From Macrostomum hystrix (Eukaryota; Animalia; Platyhelminthes), in the NCBI GenBank assembly GCA_950097015.1, contig CATNEN010000001.1, forward strand, positions 1,054,001 through 1,118,000: DNA of 64,000 bases, in the 5' to 3' direction. The notes beneath the pieces are model-generated. The model was not told the DNA's origin. It worked only from the letters and a program-made list of their open reading frames with translations, and made no database searches. Shown here piece after piece: positions 36,535 through 49,308 of this stretch. Numbering within the stretch: the first letter of the stretch is position 1; every line of letters starts with the position of its first letter. Both the position numbers and the translations under genes were made by a program.

Positions 36535-38845
36535 AAATCCTAATAGACCTTCTAAAATCCCCCTAGCTCCACTAAAATCCCATTAGATCTTCTAAAACCC
36601 CATTAGATCTTCTAAAATCTCACTCGATCTTCTAAAATCTCACTCGATCTTCTAAAATCCCATTAGATCTTCTAAAATCCCACTAGATCTTCTAAAATCT
36701 CACTCGATCTTCTAAAATCCCATTAGATCTTCTAAAATCCCACTAGATCTTCTAAAACCCCATTAGATCTTCTAAAATCCCACTAGATCTTCTAAAATCC
36801 CACTAGATCTTCTAAAACCCCATTAGATCTTCTAAAATCCCACTAGATCTTCTAAAACCCCATTAGATCTTCTAAAATCCCACTAGATCTTCTAAAATCT
36901 CACTCGATCTTCTAAAATCCCATTAGATCTTCTAAAATCCCACTAGATCTTCTAAAACCCCATTAGATCTTCTAAAATCCCATTAGATCTTCTAAAATCC
37001 CACTAGATCTTCTAAAATCCCATTAGATCTTCTAAAATCCCATTAGATCTTCTAAAATCCCACTAGATCTTCTAAAATCCCATTAGATCTTCTAAAATCC
37101 CATTAGATCTTCTAAAATCACACTAGATCTTCTAAAACACCATTAGATCTTCTAAAATCCCACTAGATCTTCTAAAATCTCACTCGATCTTCTAAAATCC
37201 CATTAGATCTTCTAAAATCCCACTAGATCTTCTAAAACCCCATTAGATCTTCTAAAATCCCACTAGATCTTCTAAAATCTCACTCGATCTTCTAAAATCC
37301 CATTAGATCTTCTAAAATCCCACTAGATCTTCTAAAACCCCATTAGATCTTCTAAAATCCCATTAGATCTTCTAAAATCCCACTAGATCTTCTAAAATCC
37401 CATTAGATCTTCTAAAATCCCATTAGATCTTCTAAAATCCCATTAGATCTTCTAAATTCCCATTAGATCTTCTAAAACACCATTAGATCTTCTAAAATCC
37501 CACTAGATCTTCTAAAATCTCACTCGATCTTCTAAAATCCCATTAGATCTTCTAAAATCCCATTAGATCTTCTAAAATCCCATTAGATCTTCTAAAATCC
37601 CATTAGATCTTCTAAAATCCCACTCGATTTTCTAAAACCCTATTAGATCTACTAAAATCCCATTAGATCTTCTAAAATCCCATTAGATCTTATAAAATCC
37701 CATTAGTTCTTATAAAACCCCATTATATCTTCTAAAATCCCATTAGATCTTCTAAAATCCCATTAGATCTTCTAAAATCCCATTAGATCTTTATAATTCC
37801 CATTAGATCTTCAAAATTCCCATTAGATCTTCTAAAATCCCATTAGATCTTATAAAATCCAATTAGATCTTCTAAAATCCCATTAGATCTTCTAAAATCC
37901 AATTAAATCTTCTAAAATCCCATTAGATCTTCTAAAATCCAATTAGATCTTCTAAAATCCCATTAGATCTTCTAAAATCCAATTAGATCTTCAAAATTCC
38001 CATTACATCTTCAAAATTCCCATTAGATCTTCTAATATCCCACTCGATCTTCTAAAACCCAATTAGATCTTCTAAAATCCCATTAGATCTTCTAAAATCC
38101 AATTAGATCTTCTAAAACCCACTCGATCTTCTAAAATCCCATTAGATCTTCTAAAACCCCATTAGATCTCTTAAAATCCCTCTAGATCTTCTAAAATCCC
38201 ACTCGATCTTCTAAAATCCCATTAGATCTTCTAAAATCCCATTAGATCTTCTAAAATCCCACTCAATCTTCTAAAATCCCATTAGATCTTCTAAAACTCC
38301 ACTCGATCTTCTAAAATCCCATTAGATCTTCTAAAACCCCATTAGATCTCTTAAAATCCCTCTAGATCTTCTAAAATCTCACTCGATCTTCTAAAATCCC
38401 ATTAGATCTTCTAAATCCCCATTAGATCTTCTAAAATCCCATTAGATCTTTTAAAATTCCTCTAGATCTTCTAAAACCCTATTAGATCTTCTAAAACCCC
38501 ATTAGATCTTCTAAAACCCCATTAGATCTTCTAAAACCCCATTAGATCTTCTAAAATACCATTAGATCATCTAAAATCCCACTCGATTTTCTAAAACCCT
38601 ATTAGATTTTCTAAAATTCCAGTAGATCTTTTAAAATCTCATTAGATCTTCTAAAATCCCTCTAGATCTTCTAAGATCCCATTAGATCTTCTAAAATTCC
38701 ACTCGATCTTTAAAATTCCCATTAGATCTTCAAAATTCCGATTAGATCTTCCAAATTCCTTTAGATCTTCGAAATTCCCACTAGACCTTTCCAAAACTCC
38801 ACTGTATCTTTAAAAATCTCACAAAATCTTCTGAAATCCCACTAG
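36535..38845. repeat. 20-bp minisatellite (CATTAGATCTTCTAAAATCC), about 115 copies
   Basis: Directly visible; homogeneous core with a decaying 3' end. Confidence 0.97.
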
Positions 38846-39207
38846 CTGTTCTCAAAATCAAAGTAGATTGTAATTAAATGCTACAGTACAGTATGACAAA
38901 AAAGGGACACAACAATATCCTAAAAATGTAGGAAATTATTTTACACAGATCTCCAGTGCAATCAGTGCATCAGACATTTGCAGATGTATCAGTCTGCCTG
39001 CTCTCTTCACCTCATATTTTTAATGAGCATCATTTTCCTACGAATCACTGGAACAGCCAGGGTAGAGAACCAGCAAGGAGATGGGATAATTTGGGATGTG
39101 CAGCGTATTGAGGAGACACAGGATCCTTCCTTAGAGAAAATTCCTGAGTAAATAGTTGCCTCGTGTTTATACCGACTGAATGCATTCTTTTGAACTAACG
39201 GCATTAT

Positions 39208-40037
39208 TATCTATCCATCTCTCATCCTCACACATTCTCATCTATCTCTCATCCTCACACATTCTCATCTATCCATCTCTCATCCTCACACATTCTCATC
39301 TATCCATCTCTCATCCTCACACATTCTCATCTATCTCTCATCCTCACACATTCTCATCTATCCATCTCTCATCCTCACACATTCTCATCCATCTCTCATC
39401 CTCACACATTCTCATCTATCCATCTCTCATCCTCACACATTCTCATCCATCTCTCATCCTCACACATTCTCATCTATCCATCTCTCATCCTCACACACTC
39501 TCATCCATCTCTCATCCTCACACATTCTCATCTATCCATCTCTCATCCTCACACATTATCATCTATCCATCTCTCATCCTCACACATTCTCATCTATCCA
39601 TCTATCATCCTCACACATTCTCATCTATCCATCTCTCATCCTCACACATTCTCATCTATCCATCTCTCATCCTCACACATTCTCATCCATCTCTCATCCT
39701 CACACATTCTCATCTATCCATCTATCATCCTCACACATTATCATCTATCCATCTCTCATCCTCACACATTCTCATCTATCCATCTCTCATCCTCACACAT
39801 TCTCATCTATCCATCTATCATCCTCACACATTCTCATCTATCCATCTATCATCCTCACACATTCTCATCTATCCATCTATCATCCTCACACATTCTCATC
39901 TATCCATCTCTCATCCTCACACATTATCATCTATCCATCTCTCATCCTCACACATTCTCATCTATCCATCTCTCATCCTCACACATTCTCATCTATCCAT
40001 CTATCATCCTCACACATTCTCATCTATCCATCTCTCA
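39208..40037. repeat. 31-bp minisatellite (CTATCCATCTCTCATCCTCACACATTCTCAT)
   Basis: Directly visible. Confidence 0.95.
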
Positions 40038-40499
40038 CCCAGATACTTACTTATGTACTTTTATTTAACAAATTTATTTAACAATTTAACAAAATACAAA
40101 AATATCACTTGAATATTGGATGCAGCTTATATTCAAGATTAAGAAACACTAACGAATAAAGTGCATAACAGGAGGCATCGTAATTAACCAAGATGAGCAC
40201 CCAGAGATAAGGAATGGGCTCAGATTATTTATAAGAGTAAAAACCTTGAAGGCCGGATGCACGGCTCGTTAACCTGCGCTAAAACTGCTCAGGCCAAAGG
40301 TAAAAAGGCAGTTATATGCCTGAGTGCAGAGAATAATAAATATCTCCTGTGCACGTGACTCACTCTAGAAGCCCCGGGCCAAAAATAGCTGACTATATTG
40401 GTTATATTGGTTGATAAATATTTGTACACTAAATTTCCCAATGTCCACCGAGCAGAACTCAAGGCAGCCTACACAGAAATCACAATTAGCAGTGAAAAA

Positions 40500-41851
40500 A
40501 TCCCAATTGTCTACTCAGAAATCCCCACTGTCTACTCAGAAATCCTCACTGCCTACTCAGAAAACCCCAACTGTCTACTCAGAAATCCTCACTGCCTACT
40601 CAGAAACCCCAACTGTCTACTCAGAAACCCTCACTGTCTACTCAGAAATCCTCACTGTCTACTCAGAAATCCCCACTGTCTACTCAGAAACCCCAATTGT
40701 CTACTCAGAAACCCCAATTGTCTACTCAGAAATCCTCACTGTCTACTCAGAAATCCCCACTGTCTACTCAGAAATCCCCCACTGTCTACTCAGAAATCCC
40801 CACTGTCTACTCAGAAACCCCAATTGTCTACTCAGAAATCCTCACTGTCTACTCAGAAATTCCCCACTGTCTACTCAGAAATCCTCACTGTCTACTCAGA
40901 AATCCCCACTGTCTACTCAGAAATCCCCCACTGTCTACTCAGAAATCCTCACTGTCTACTCAGAAATCCCCACTGTCTACTCAGAAACCCCAATTGTCTA
41001 CTCAGAAATCCCCACTGTCTACTCAGAAATCCCCCACTGTCTACTCAGAAATCCCCACTGTCTACTCAGAAATCCCCACTGTCTACTCAGAAACCCCAAT
41101 TGTCTACTCAGAAATCCCCACTGTCTACTCAGAAATCCCCCACTGTCTACTCAGAAATCCTCACTGTCTACTCAGAAATCCCCACTGTCTACTCAGAAAC
41201 CCCAATTGTCTACTCAGAAATCCTCACTGTCTACTCAGAAATTCCCCACTGTCTACTCAGAAATCCTCACTGTCTACTCAGAAATCCCCACTGTCTACTC
41301 AGAAATCCCCCACTGTCTACTCAGAAATCCTCACTGTCTACTCAGAAATCCCCACTGTCTACTCAGAAACCCCAATTGTCTACTCAGAAATCCCCACTGT
41401 CTACTCAGAAATCCCCCACTGTCTACTCAGAAATCCTCACTGTCTACTCAGAAATCCCCACTGTCTACTCAGAAACCCCAATTGTCTACTCAGAAATCCC
41501 CACTGTCTACTCAGAAATCCCCCACTGTCTACTCAGAAATCCTCACTGTCTACTCAGAAATCCCCAATGTCTACTCAGAAACCCCAATTGTCTACTCAGA
41601 AATCCTCACTGTCTACTCAGAAATCCCCACTGTCTACTCAGAAATCCTCACTGTCTACTCAGAAATCCCCACTGTCTACTCAGAAATCCCCCACTGTCTA
41701 CTCAGAAATCCTCACTGTCTACTCAGAAATCCCTACTGTCTACTCAGAAATCCCCACTGTCTACTCAGAAATCCCTACTGTCTACTCAGAAATCCCCACT
41801 GTCTACTCAGAAATCCCCACTGTCTACTCAGAAATCTCCCACTGTCTACTA
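40500..41851. repeat. 21-22-bp minisatellite (AAATCCCCACTGTCTACTCAG)
   Basis: Directly visible; sister of the 34068-34950 array. Confidence 0.96.
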
Positions 41852-42059
41852 AGAAATTTTAAGTAAGATTAATTTTAGGCGAATAAAATATTTGAGAATT
41901 TGTATATAAAGGCATTAAAACAAAAAGATGAAATTTTGAAATTTGAAGAGGAAATTCAAACTGAGACTAAAATCACTTCGCTCACGAAAGGAGAATAGCT
42001 ATTGTGTTTTTGCGAGTTGCGAGTTAGATAAGAAAACTAAAACTCAACATATCAAGCAT

Positions 42060-42600
42060 TCCAACAAGGGCTTTTTTATCTAGCTTTAAGTATGCTTTCT
42101 ATGAAGTCCACAAAACTTTCTGTTAATTCTGTGCTTTCCTGTGTCATTAAATACACAGTTTTGTCATCAGATGTTAGGCTTTCGAAATTTCAAACAATAC
42201 CTGCCACTTTCTCTATGAATTTATTTCCAATTGGAACATGAACGGACCAATCGCATCTAAAGAGAATATGAGTTTCGCTCTCTACCTCGACTCTACATTT
42301 CGGACATGTTCTGCGCAATGCCTCACAGGTCAGCTCGTGGTTTCCTAGACGAAATCGGGACATTGTGCGCCTTTGTTCTGGATTAGAGATTATTGTTAGG
42401 TACTTTTCTCTGGAGAAATCTTTCTTAAACGTGTAATAGAAGTGGCTGGGCTTGGCTGATTTTCCCATCCTCTGAGTCCAGTGCCTACGGAACTCCGACT
42501 CAAAGTTCTCCCTAGCTGTGCGTTTTGATGGACTTTGTTTTTCTAGTATGTTGACAATCCCGCATTTGCTGGGATCTCTAGCAGAGAAATGACTGATTGA
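42060..42600 (-). mobile_element. Non-LTR retrotransposon (LINE) ORF2 C-terminal fragment with CCHC knuckle
   Basis: ORF 42190-42468 reads YYTFKKDFSREKYL...RRTMSRFRLGNHELTCE..RTCPKC..EVESETHILFRC, the typical post-RT RLxxHxL / CxxC..HxLFxC signature. Boundaries are approximate. Confidence 0.8.
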
Positions 42601-43239
42601 ATTGACCGATAAGCTGCACTCATACGCAAGCGAGTTAATGAAGCAACAGCTCAGATAAAATGGTAGCCCGCTATTCTCCCAGAATAGCCCAATAATGGGA
42701 TCTGGGAAGATATTAAAAGGAATTTTTTGGAACTAAATGACTTTCACGCTAATCTCTCCCTACCCGGTTGGCTTATAGGAGCGGCAAAGTTCTGAGGAAT
42801 ATTTTTCAAGTGTGCTCATTGAAAGCTTGCTGAAAATTGCCTGTCTGCAAGGCCAGGTTTTTGTAACTTCCCTCCACCCCTTAGTAATTTTAGAACTCGC
42901 AAAAAATTACTCAAAGTTTCAACGTTTCAGTCCTTTTGAAAGCTTTTAAAAATGTAATTTCACGACAGCCTTTTAATTGATTCTTTTGAATTTATATACA
43001 ATAATAGACGGAATAATAGGAATATACAATGAGATAAAACTTATTTGATGTAATGCTAAGGCTTTATGCTGTCATGTACTTCCAAAGTAGCCAGTGACAG
43101 CTATTAGTCCATGGACTGGAGGTGGCCGCCAAACAATATCAATATTTCAACCCCACATGGGATGAGATGCTACGATTTGAGGTAAGTTGTTATGATATGG
43201 GATCAAATTGAATGAAACGGCAAAAATATAATGATATGG

Positions 43240-44592
43240 GAATATATGGGATGGGATAAGATGAGATGAGATGGGATGAGATGGGATGAGATGGGATGAG
43301 ATGGGATGAGATGGGATGAGATAGGAAGAGATGGGATGAGATGGGATGAGATGGGATGAGATGAGATGAGATGGGGTGAGATAAGATGAGATAAGATGAG
43401 ATGAGGTGAGATGGGATGAGATGGGATGAGATGAGATGGGATAAGATGGGATGAGTTGGGATTAGATGGGATGAGATAGGATGAGATGGGATGAGATGGG
43501 ATGAGATAGGATGATATAGGATGAGATGGGATGAGATAGGATGAGATAGGATGAGATGGGATGAGATGGGATGAGATAGGATGAGATGGGATGAGATGGG
43601 ATTAGATGGGATGAGATAGGATGAGATGGGATGAGATGGGATGAGATAGGATGATATAGGATGAGATGGGATGAGATGAGATGGGATGAGATGAGATGGG
43701 ATGAGATGGGATAGGATGAGGTGGGATGAGATGGGATGAGATGGGAAGAGATGGGAAGAGATTGGATGAGATGGGATAGGATGATATAGGATGAGATGGG
43801 ATAAGATGGGATGAGATGGGATAGGATGAGATGGGATGAGATGGGATGAGATGGGATAGGATGATATAGGATGATATAGGATGAGATGGGATAAGATGGG
43901 ATGAGATGGGATAGGATGAGATGGGATGGAGTGAGATGGGATGAGATGGGATGAGATGGGATGAGATGGAGTGAGATGAGATGAGATGGGATGAGATGGG
44001 ATGAGATGGGATAGGATGATATAGGATGATATAGGATGAGATGGGATAAGATGGGATGAGATGGGATAGGATGAGATGGGATAGGATGAGATGGGATAGG
44101 ATGAGATGGGATAGGATGAGATGGGATAGGATGAGATGGGATGAGATGGGATGAGATGGGATAGGATGATATAGGATGATATAGGATGAGATGGGATAAG
44201 ATGGGATGAGATGGGATAGGATGAGATGGGATGAGATGGGATAGGATGAGATGGGATGAGATGGGATGAGATGGGATGAGATGGGATGAGATGGGATGAG
44301 ATGGGAAGAGATGGGAAGAGATGGGATAGGATGAGATGGGATGAGATGGGATAGGATGAGATGGGATGAGATGGGATGAGATGGGATGAGATGGGATGAG
44401 ATGGGAAGAGATGGGAAGAGATGGGATGAGATGGGATGAGATGAGATCGGATGAGATCGGATGAGATGGGATGAGATGGGATGAGATGAGATCGGATGAG
44501 ATGGGATGAGATGGGATGAGATGAGATGGGATGAGATCGGATGAGATGGGATGAGATGGGATGAGATGAGATCGGATGAGATGGGATGAGAT
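43240..44592. repeat. 10-bp/5-bp microsatellite (ATGGGATGAG)n
   Basis: Directly visible. Confidence 0.96.
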
Positions 44593-45132
44593 AAGGTGAC
44601 TTACTCAGAAATGGGATATGGGCAAAACTGAACAATGCAGGAGCTCAACAAGTAACAAAGCAGCATCCCAGATCTATATTTTGAGACAAAATAGTTACAT
44701 AATAACTCTATAGAAGCCCATCGAAGCCCATGCAGTAGCGGGCCATTGAACAGGCAACACAAATTCAATTTGAGAAATGAGAAATAGAAATGAGCATTTC
44801 TCAGAAAGCCAGCGGACAACAGCGGCCAGCAGCACGCAATCACGATGCCGCTGATTAACAAAAACAACGATTTGAGTCCAAGCGGATACCCGCATTTATT
44901 GAGTGCATTTCGTTTAGGCATTATCTAGTTTTACCTTATCCCAGCAGGCTAGCAGAATACTGTTAATCTGGTTAGAAAGGAAATTTAATTATTGAAAAAG
45001 CATTAATCCAATAGGAATGAAATATCCGATTTTAATCTGATGGGAATTTAAGAAAAGTACAATGAGATAATCTTAGCCGTACCTTGTGATTGGTCGATAC
45101 CGGCGTTTGCCCTGTGGACACTCTCTGGGGAT

Positions 45133-46670
45133 TAATGGACCAAACTGAGGATCTGGGGATAATGGAGTAAACTGAGGATCTGGGGATAATGGACCAAACT
45201 GAGGATCTGGGGATAATGGAGTAAACTGAGCATCTGGGGATAATGGAGTAAACTGAGGATCTGGGGATAATGGAACAAACTGAGCATCTGGGGATAATGG
45301 AGTAAACTGAGGATCTGGGGATAATGGAGTAAACTGAGCATCTGGGGATAATGGAGTAAACTGAGGATCTGGGGATAATGGAGTAAACTGAGCATCTGGG
45401 GATAATGGAGTAAACTGAGCATCTGGGGATAATGGAGTAAACTGAGGATCTGGGGATAATGGACCAAACTGAGAATCTGGGGATAATGGACCAAACTGAG
45501 GATCTGGGGATAATGGACCAAACTGAGAATCTGGGGATAATGGACCAAACTGAGGATCTGGGGATAATGGACCAAACTGAGAATCTGGGGATAATGGACC
45601 AAACTGAGGATCTGGGGATAATGGAGTAAACTGAGGATCTGGGGATAATGGAGTAAACTGAGCATCTGGGGATAATGGAGTAAACTGAGCATCTGGGGAT
45701 AATGGAGTAAACTGAGGATCTGGGGATAATGGAGTAAACTGAGCATCTGGGGATAATGGACCAAACTGAGGATCTGGGGATAATGGACCAAACTGAGGAT
45801 CTGGGGATAATGGACCAAACTGAGGATCTGGGGATAATGGAGTAAACTGAGGATCTGGGGATAATGGAGTAAACTGAGCATCTGGGGATAATGGAGTAAA
45901 CTGAGGATCTGGGGATAATGGAGTAAACTGTGGATCTGGGGATAATGGAGTAAACTGTGGATCTGGAGATAATGGACCAAACTGAGGATCTGGGGATAAT
46001 GGACCAAACTGAGGATCTGGGGATAATGGAGTAAACTGAGGATCTGGGGATAATGAACTAAACGGAGGATCTGGGGATAATGGAGTAAACTGAGGATCTG
46101 GGAATGATGGAGTAAACTGAGGATCTGGGGATAATGTAGTAAACTGAGGATCTGGGGATAATGGAGTAAACTGAGGATCTGGGGATAATGGAGTAAACTG
46201 TGGATCTGGGGATAATGGAGTAAACTGTGGATCTGGAGATAATGGACCAAACTGAGGATCTGGGGATAATGGACCAAACTGAGGATCTGGGGATAATGGA
46301 ATAAACTGAGGATCTGGGGATAATGGACCAAACTGAGGATCTGGGGATAATGGACCAAACTGAGGATCTGGGGATAATGGAGTAAACTGAGGATCTGGGG
46401 ATAATGGAGTAAACTGAGGATCTGGGGATAATGGACTAAACTGAGGATCTGGGGATAATGGACCAAACTGAGGATCTGGGGATAATGGAGTAAACTGAGG
46501 ATCTGGGGATAATGGAGTAAACTGAGGATCTGGGGATAATGGACTAAACTGAGGATCTGGGGATAATGGACCAAACTGAGGATCTGGGGATAATGGAGTA
46601 AACTGAGGATCTGGGGATAATGGAGTAAACTGAGGATCTGGGGATAATGGACTAAACTGAGGATCTGGGA
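45133..46670. repeat. 27-bp minisatellite (GAGGATCTGGGGATAATGGAGTAAACT)
   Basis: Directly visible. Confidence 0.97.
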
Positions 46671-46687
46671 ATTGTTGACCTTGAGGG

Positions 46688-46867
46688 CCAACCTCCAAGG
46701 CACAGTGAAAGTGTACACTGCCTGCCTGATGGTGAGTATGTCAAAGGTCAGATGTACACAACTGTGCGTATGTGCTCAGGAGTCAGCGAAATGGGCAGCA
46801 TTGCCTCCTCGCTGGCTGCGGGTCTAGTGTCACCAAATGGTGTGCCATTGCCCGCAGCCCTGCAGCA

Positions 46868-46900
<33 letters not shown>
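46688..46900 (+). mobile_element. SINE family B, copy 3 (5'-truncated, perfect (TTA)n tail)
   Basis: Reverse-complement match to copies 1 and 2 (TTGCCTCCTCGCTGGCTGCGGGTCTAGTGTCACCAAATG), ending in (TTA)n at about 46868-46900. Confidence 0.8.
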
Positions 46901-46901
<1 letters not shown>

Positions 46902-47609
46902 GAATAAGGAATTGTTTTAAAAATTGACTAACAAGTCGTAAAATGTGTCAAACTTAAAGTGCAAAATTTTAGCACTAAAAGTCAAGTTTAATAAAGAATG
47001 GACGGTTATTTTGAGTAAAAAAGTATATTTAAAGTATTTTTTTTTCACTTGCACTTCTTAAAACAAATTGTTTAGACATTTTTGAAATCTTAGATTAAAA
47101 AAATAATTTCACAGCCGATAATAAGACAAATGTTTTAAATTAGGGAAAAAATCTGACATTTAACAAGGTTTTGAAGAAATGAAAACTCTACAAAGTTATT
47201 ATTCAAATAAGATTGTTCGCTTCAACCGGCTTTAAAAAGCAAAATTATAAAATCATGAAACAAGTGTTTAAGAGTCCAATTGTGAAAGAGCAACAAGCAA
47301 TCCTTGACGAAATTGTTAAAGTACATTATAAGACACATAGATATATATATTTCATGTGCCAAAGAGGAATGCTAAAGAATTCAGACAAATAAATCTTACA
47401 CACGTAAAAATAGACGGCTTCTACTGAGTAATCTACTATAAGTAGATAAGTTGCGCATTTTATCATTATTTCCTGCGGACGGGCGGAGTGTTTAGTTGAG
47501 AACAAAATCTATATTGCAGGCACAGCATAAGTAATAAACTACAAGTTTTGTTTCGAAAAAAACAAGAGATTAACAGCTCAGACAAATGTACTTTAAGCTA
47601 GCAGGTCGG

Positions 47610-48380
47610 TCAAGCGCACAATCGGTCTATCAGCTGACTCAAACGAAAGCCTTCGTCCAGCTCCGGATTAGACAAGGCCTCGGCCAGGATGTGAACCTCG
47701 GCCTCGCCGGTGCCAGCTCTGACAAGGGCGCACACCGCCCGATCGCTGCGCGAGCCCCGACCCGTGGAATGATAGTCCTCGCCGATGGCGAAGTCGACGA
47801 TGCCCGACTCGGCGAATACGCTGACTGGGCCGGCGATCTTCTGAGTCAGATCGTAGACTAGCAGCCGGCCAGCTGAGTCCAGCGAGAAGAAGACGGCGGG
47901 CCGACTGCGAGACCACAGTAGGCGGACAATCGGGTCCGGCTTCGGTTGCAGAGTCAGCAGGGAGCTGGCGGATGTCAGGGAGGTCAGACGGATATTTCCG
48001 TCAGCGTAGCCGATCAGCAGGAGGCCGTGCTCGTGCGGCGAAGCGTCTAGCGCCGTTACACTCGACGGAAGGCGATGATCGATGTCGCCGCCGATGGAAT
48101 GATATCGCCGAGTTCCTCCGCCGCCGCCGACAGTGACGTGCAGGAGGCAGCCGTCGGCGCCGCCGATGATGGCTCCGTCGCCCTTGGCTCCGGTCGACAT
48201 GCACAATGGCGGCAGCGGAGCGGTGGCCAGCGGCAGATCGAATTTGGTGCTGCGCATCAGGCTGACCCGACCGCCCGGTCTGAGGCCCAGGTCGGAGGCC
48301 GAGCCTGCAGGATCAGCCGGGCCGACGTGGCTGGAGGCCACCCAGGCCTGGAGCCGACCGCCGGAATCCAGCGAGATCAG
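47610..48380 (-). CDS. DYNC2I1: WDR60 / dynein-2 intermediate chain 1, coding exon 2 (C-terminal WD40 repeats)
   Basis: Acceptor AAG|CTG at 48381/48380. Reads LISLDSGGRLQAW...SDLGLRPGGRVSL (cf. WDR60 SDLGLMPGGRVKL) and WSRSRPAVFFSLDSAGRLLVYDL. Confidence 0.9.
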   Translation of the reverse strand: MISLDSGGRLQAWVASSHVGPADPAGSASDLGLRPGGRVSLMRSTKFDLPLATAPLPPLCMSTGAKGDGAIIGGADGCLLHVTVGGGGGTRRYHSIGGDIDHRLPSSVTALDASPHEHGLLLIGYADGNIRLTSLTSASSLLTLQPKPDPIVRLLWSRSRPAVFFSLDSAGRLLVYDLTQKIAGPVSVFAESGIVDFAIGEDYHSTGRGSRSDRAVCALVRAGTGEAEVHILAEALSNPELDEGFRLSQLIDRLCA

Positions 48381-48654
48381 CTTTGGGTGGGATGGGATTT
48401 TTCCGGGGGGGGGGGAAGGGAAATATATTATTTTCTAACAAAAATTTCAGAATTCGAAATTTAATTAAAATTTCGCCACAGAATTCTGAAAAACTTAAAC
48501 ATAAGATATAACAGGTTGGAACTTAACTTTTTTTCAATCCTCGTTTGGGAAATCCCAAACCACACATCTAAAAAATCCCATTTTAATTGAAACCTAAGAT
48601 ATCCCAAAAATCTCACGCTTGAAGAATCCCATATCCATATGACAATATGCCAAG

Positions 48655-49242
48655 TCCAACACCTGAGGAATCCCATATCACACCCCACACCTGAGGAATC
48701 CCATATCACACCCCACACCTGAGGAATCCCATATCACACCCCACACCTGAGGAATCCCATATCACACCCCACACCTGAGGAATCCAATATCACACCCCAC
48801 ACCTGAGGAATCCCATATCACACCCCACACCTGAGGAATCCAATATCACACCCCACACCTGAGGAATCCAATATCATTCCACACACCTGAGGAATCCTGT
48901 ATCACACCACACACCTGAGGAATCCTGTATCACACCACACACCTGAGGAATCCTGTATCACACCCCACACCTGAGGAATCCTGTATCACACCCCACACCT
49001 GAGGAATCCTGTATCACACCACACACCTAAGAAACCCGACATTAAATTCCATAACTGAGAAATCCCATATCAAATGACACGCCTGAGAAATCCCACATCA
49101 AATGACACGCCTGAGAAATCCCATATCAAAAGACACGCCTGAGAAATCCCAAATCAAATGACACGCCTGAGAAATCCCATATCAAATGACACGCCTGAGA
49201 AATCCCATATCAAATGACACGCCTGAGAAATCCCATATCAAA
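48655..49242. repeat. Two related 28-bp minisatellites in the WDR60 intron
   Basis: CACACCTGAGGAATCCCATATCACACCC units, then GCCTGAGAAATCCCATATCAAATGACAC units. Confidence 0.93.
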
Positions 49243-49308
49243 CCCAAAACTGTACATCTGAGCACTCTACCTAGAATCGTCCCCATGAGTTCATACGCCA
49301 ATACTCAC

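Noticed and set aside
21196-46718. Long ORFs with periodic peptides (e.g. 25416-27101, 27507-28298, 39180-40112, 40398-41852, 43190-44635, 45073-46698)
   Set aside because: They are stop-free translations of minisatellites, often open in several frames at once, with no domain signal; several lie inside an intron.
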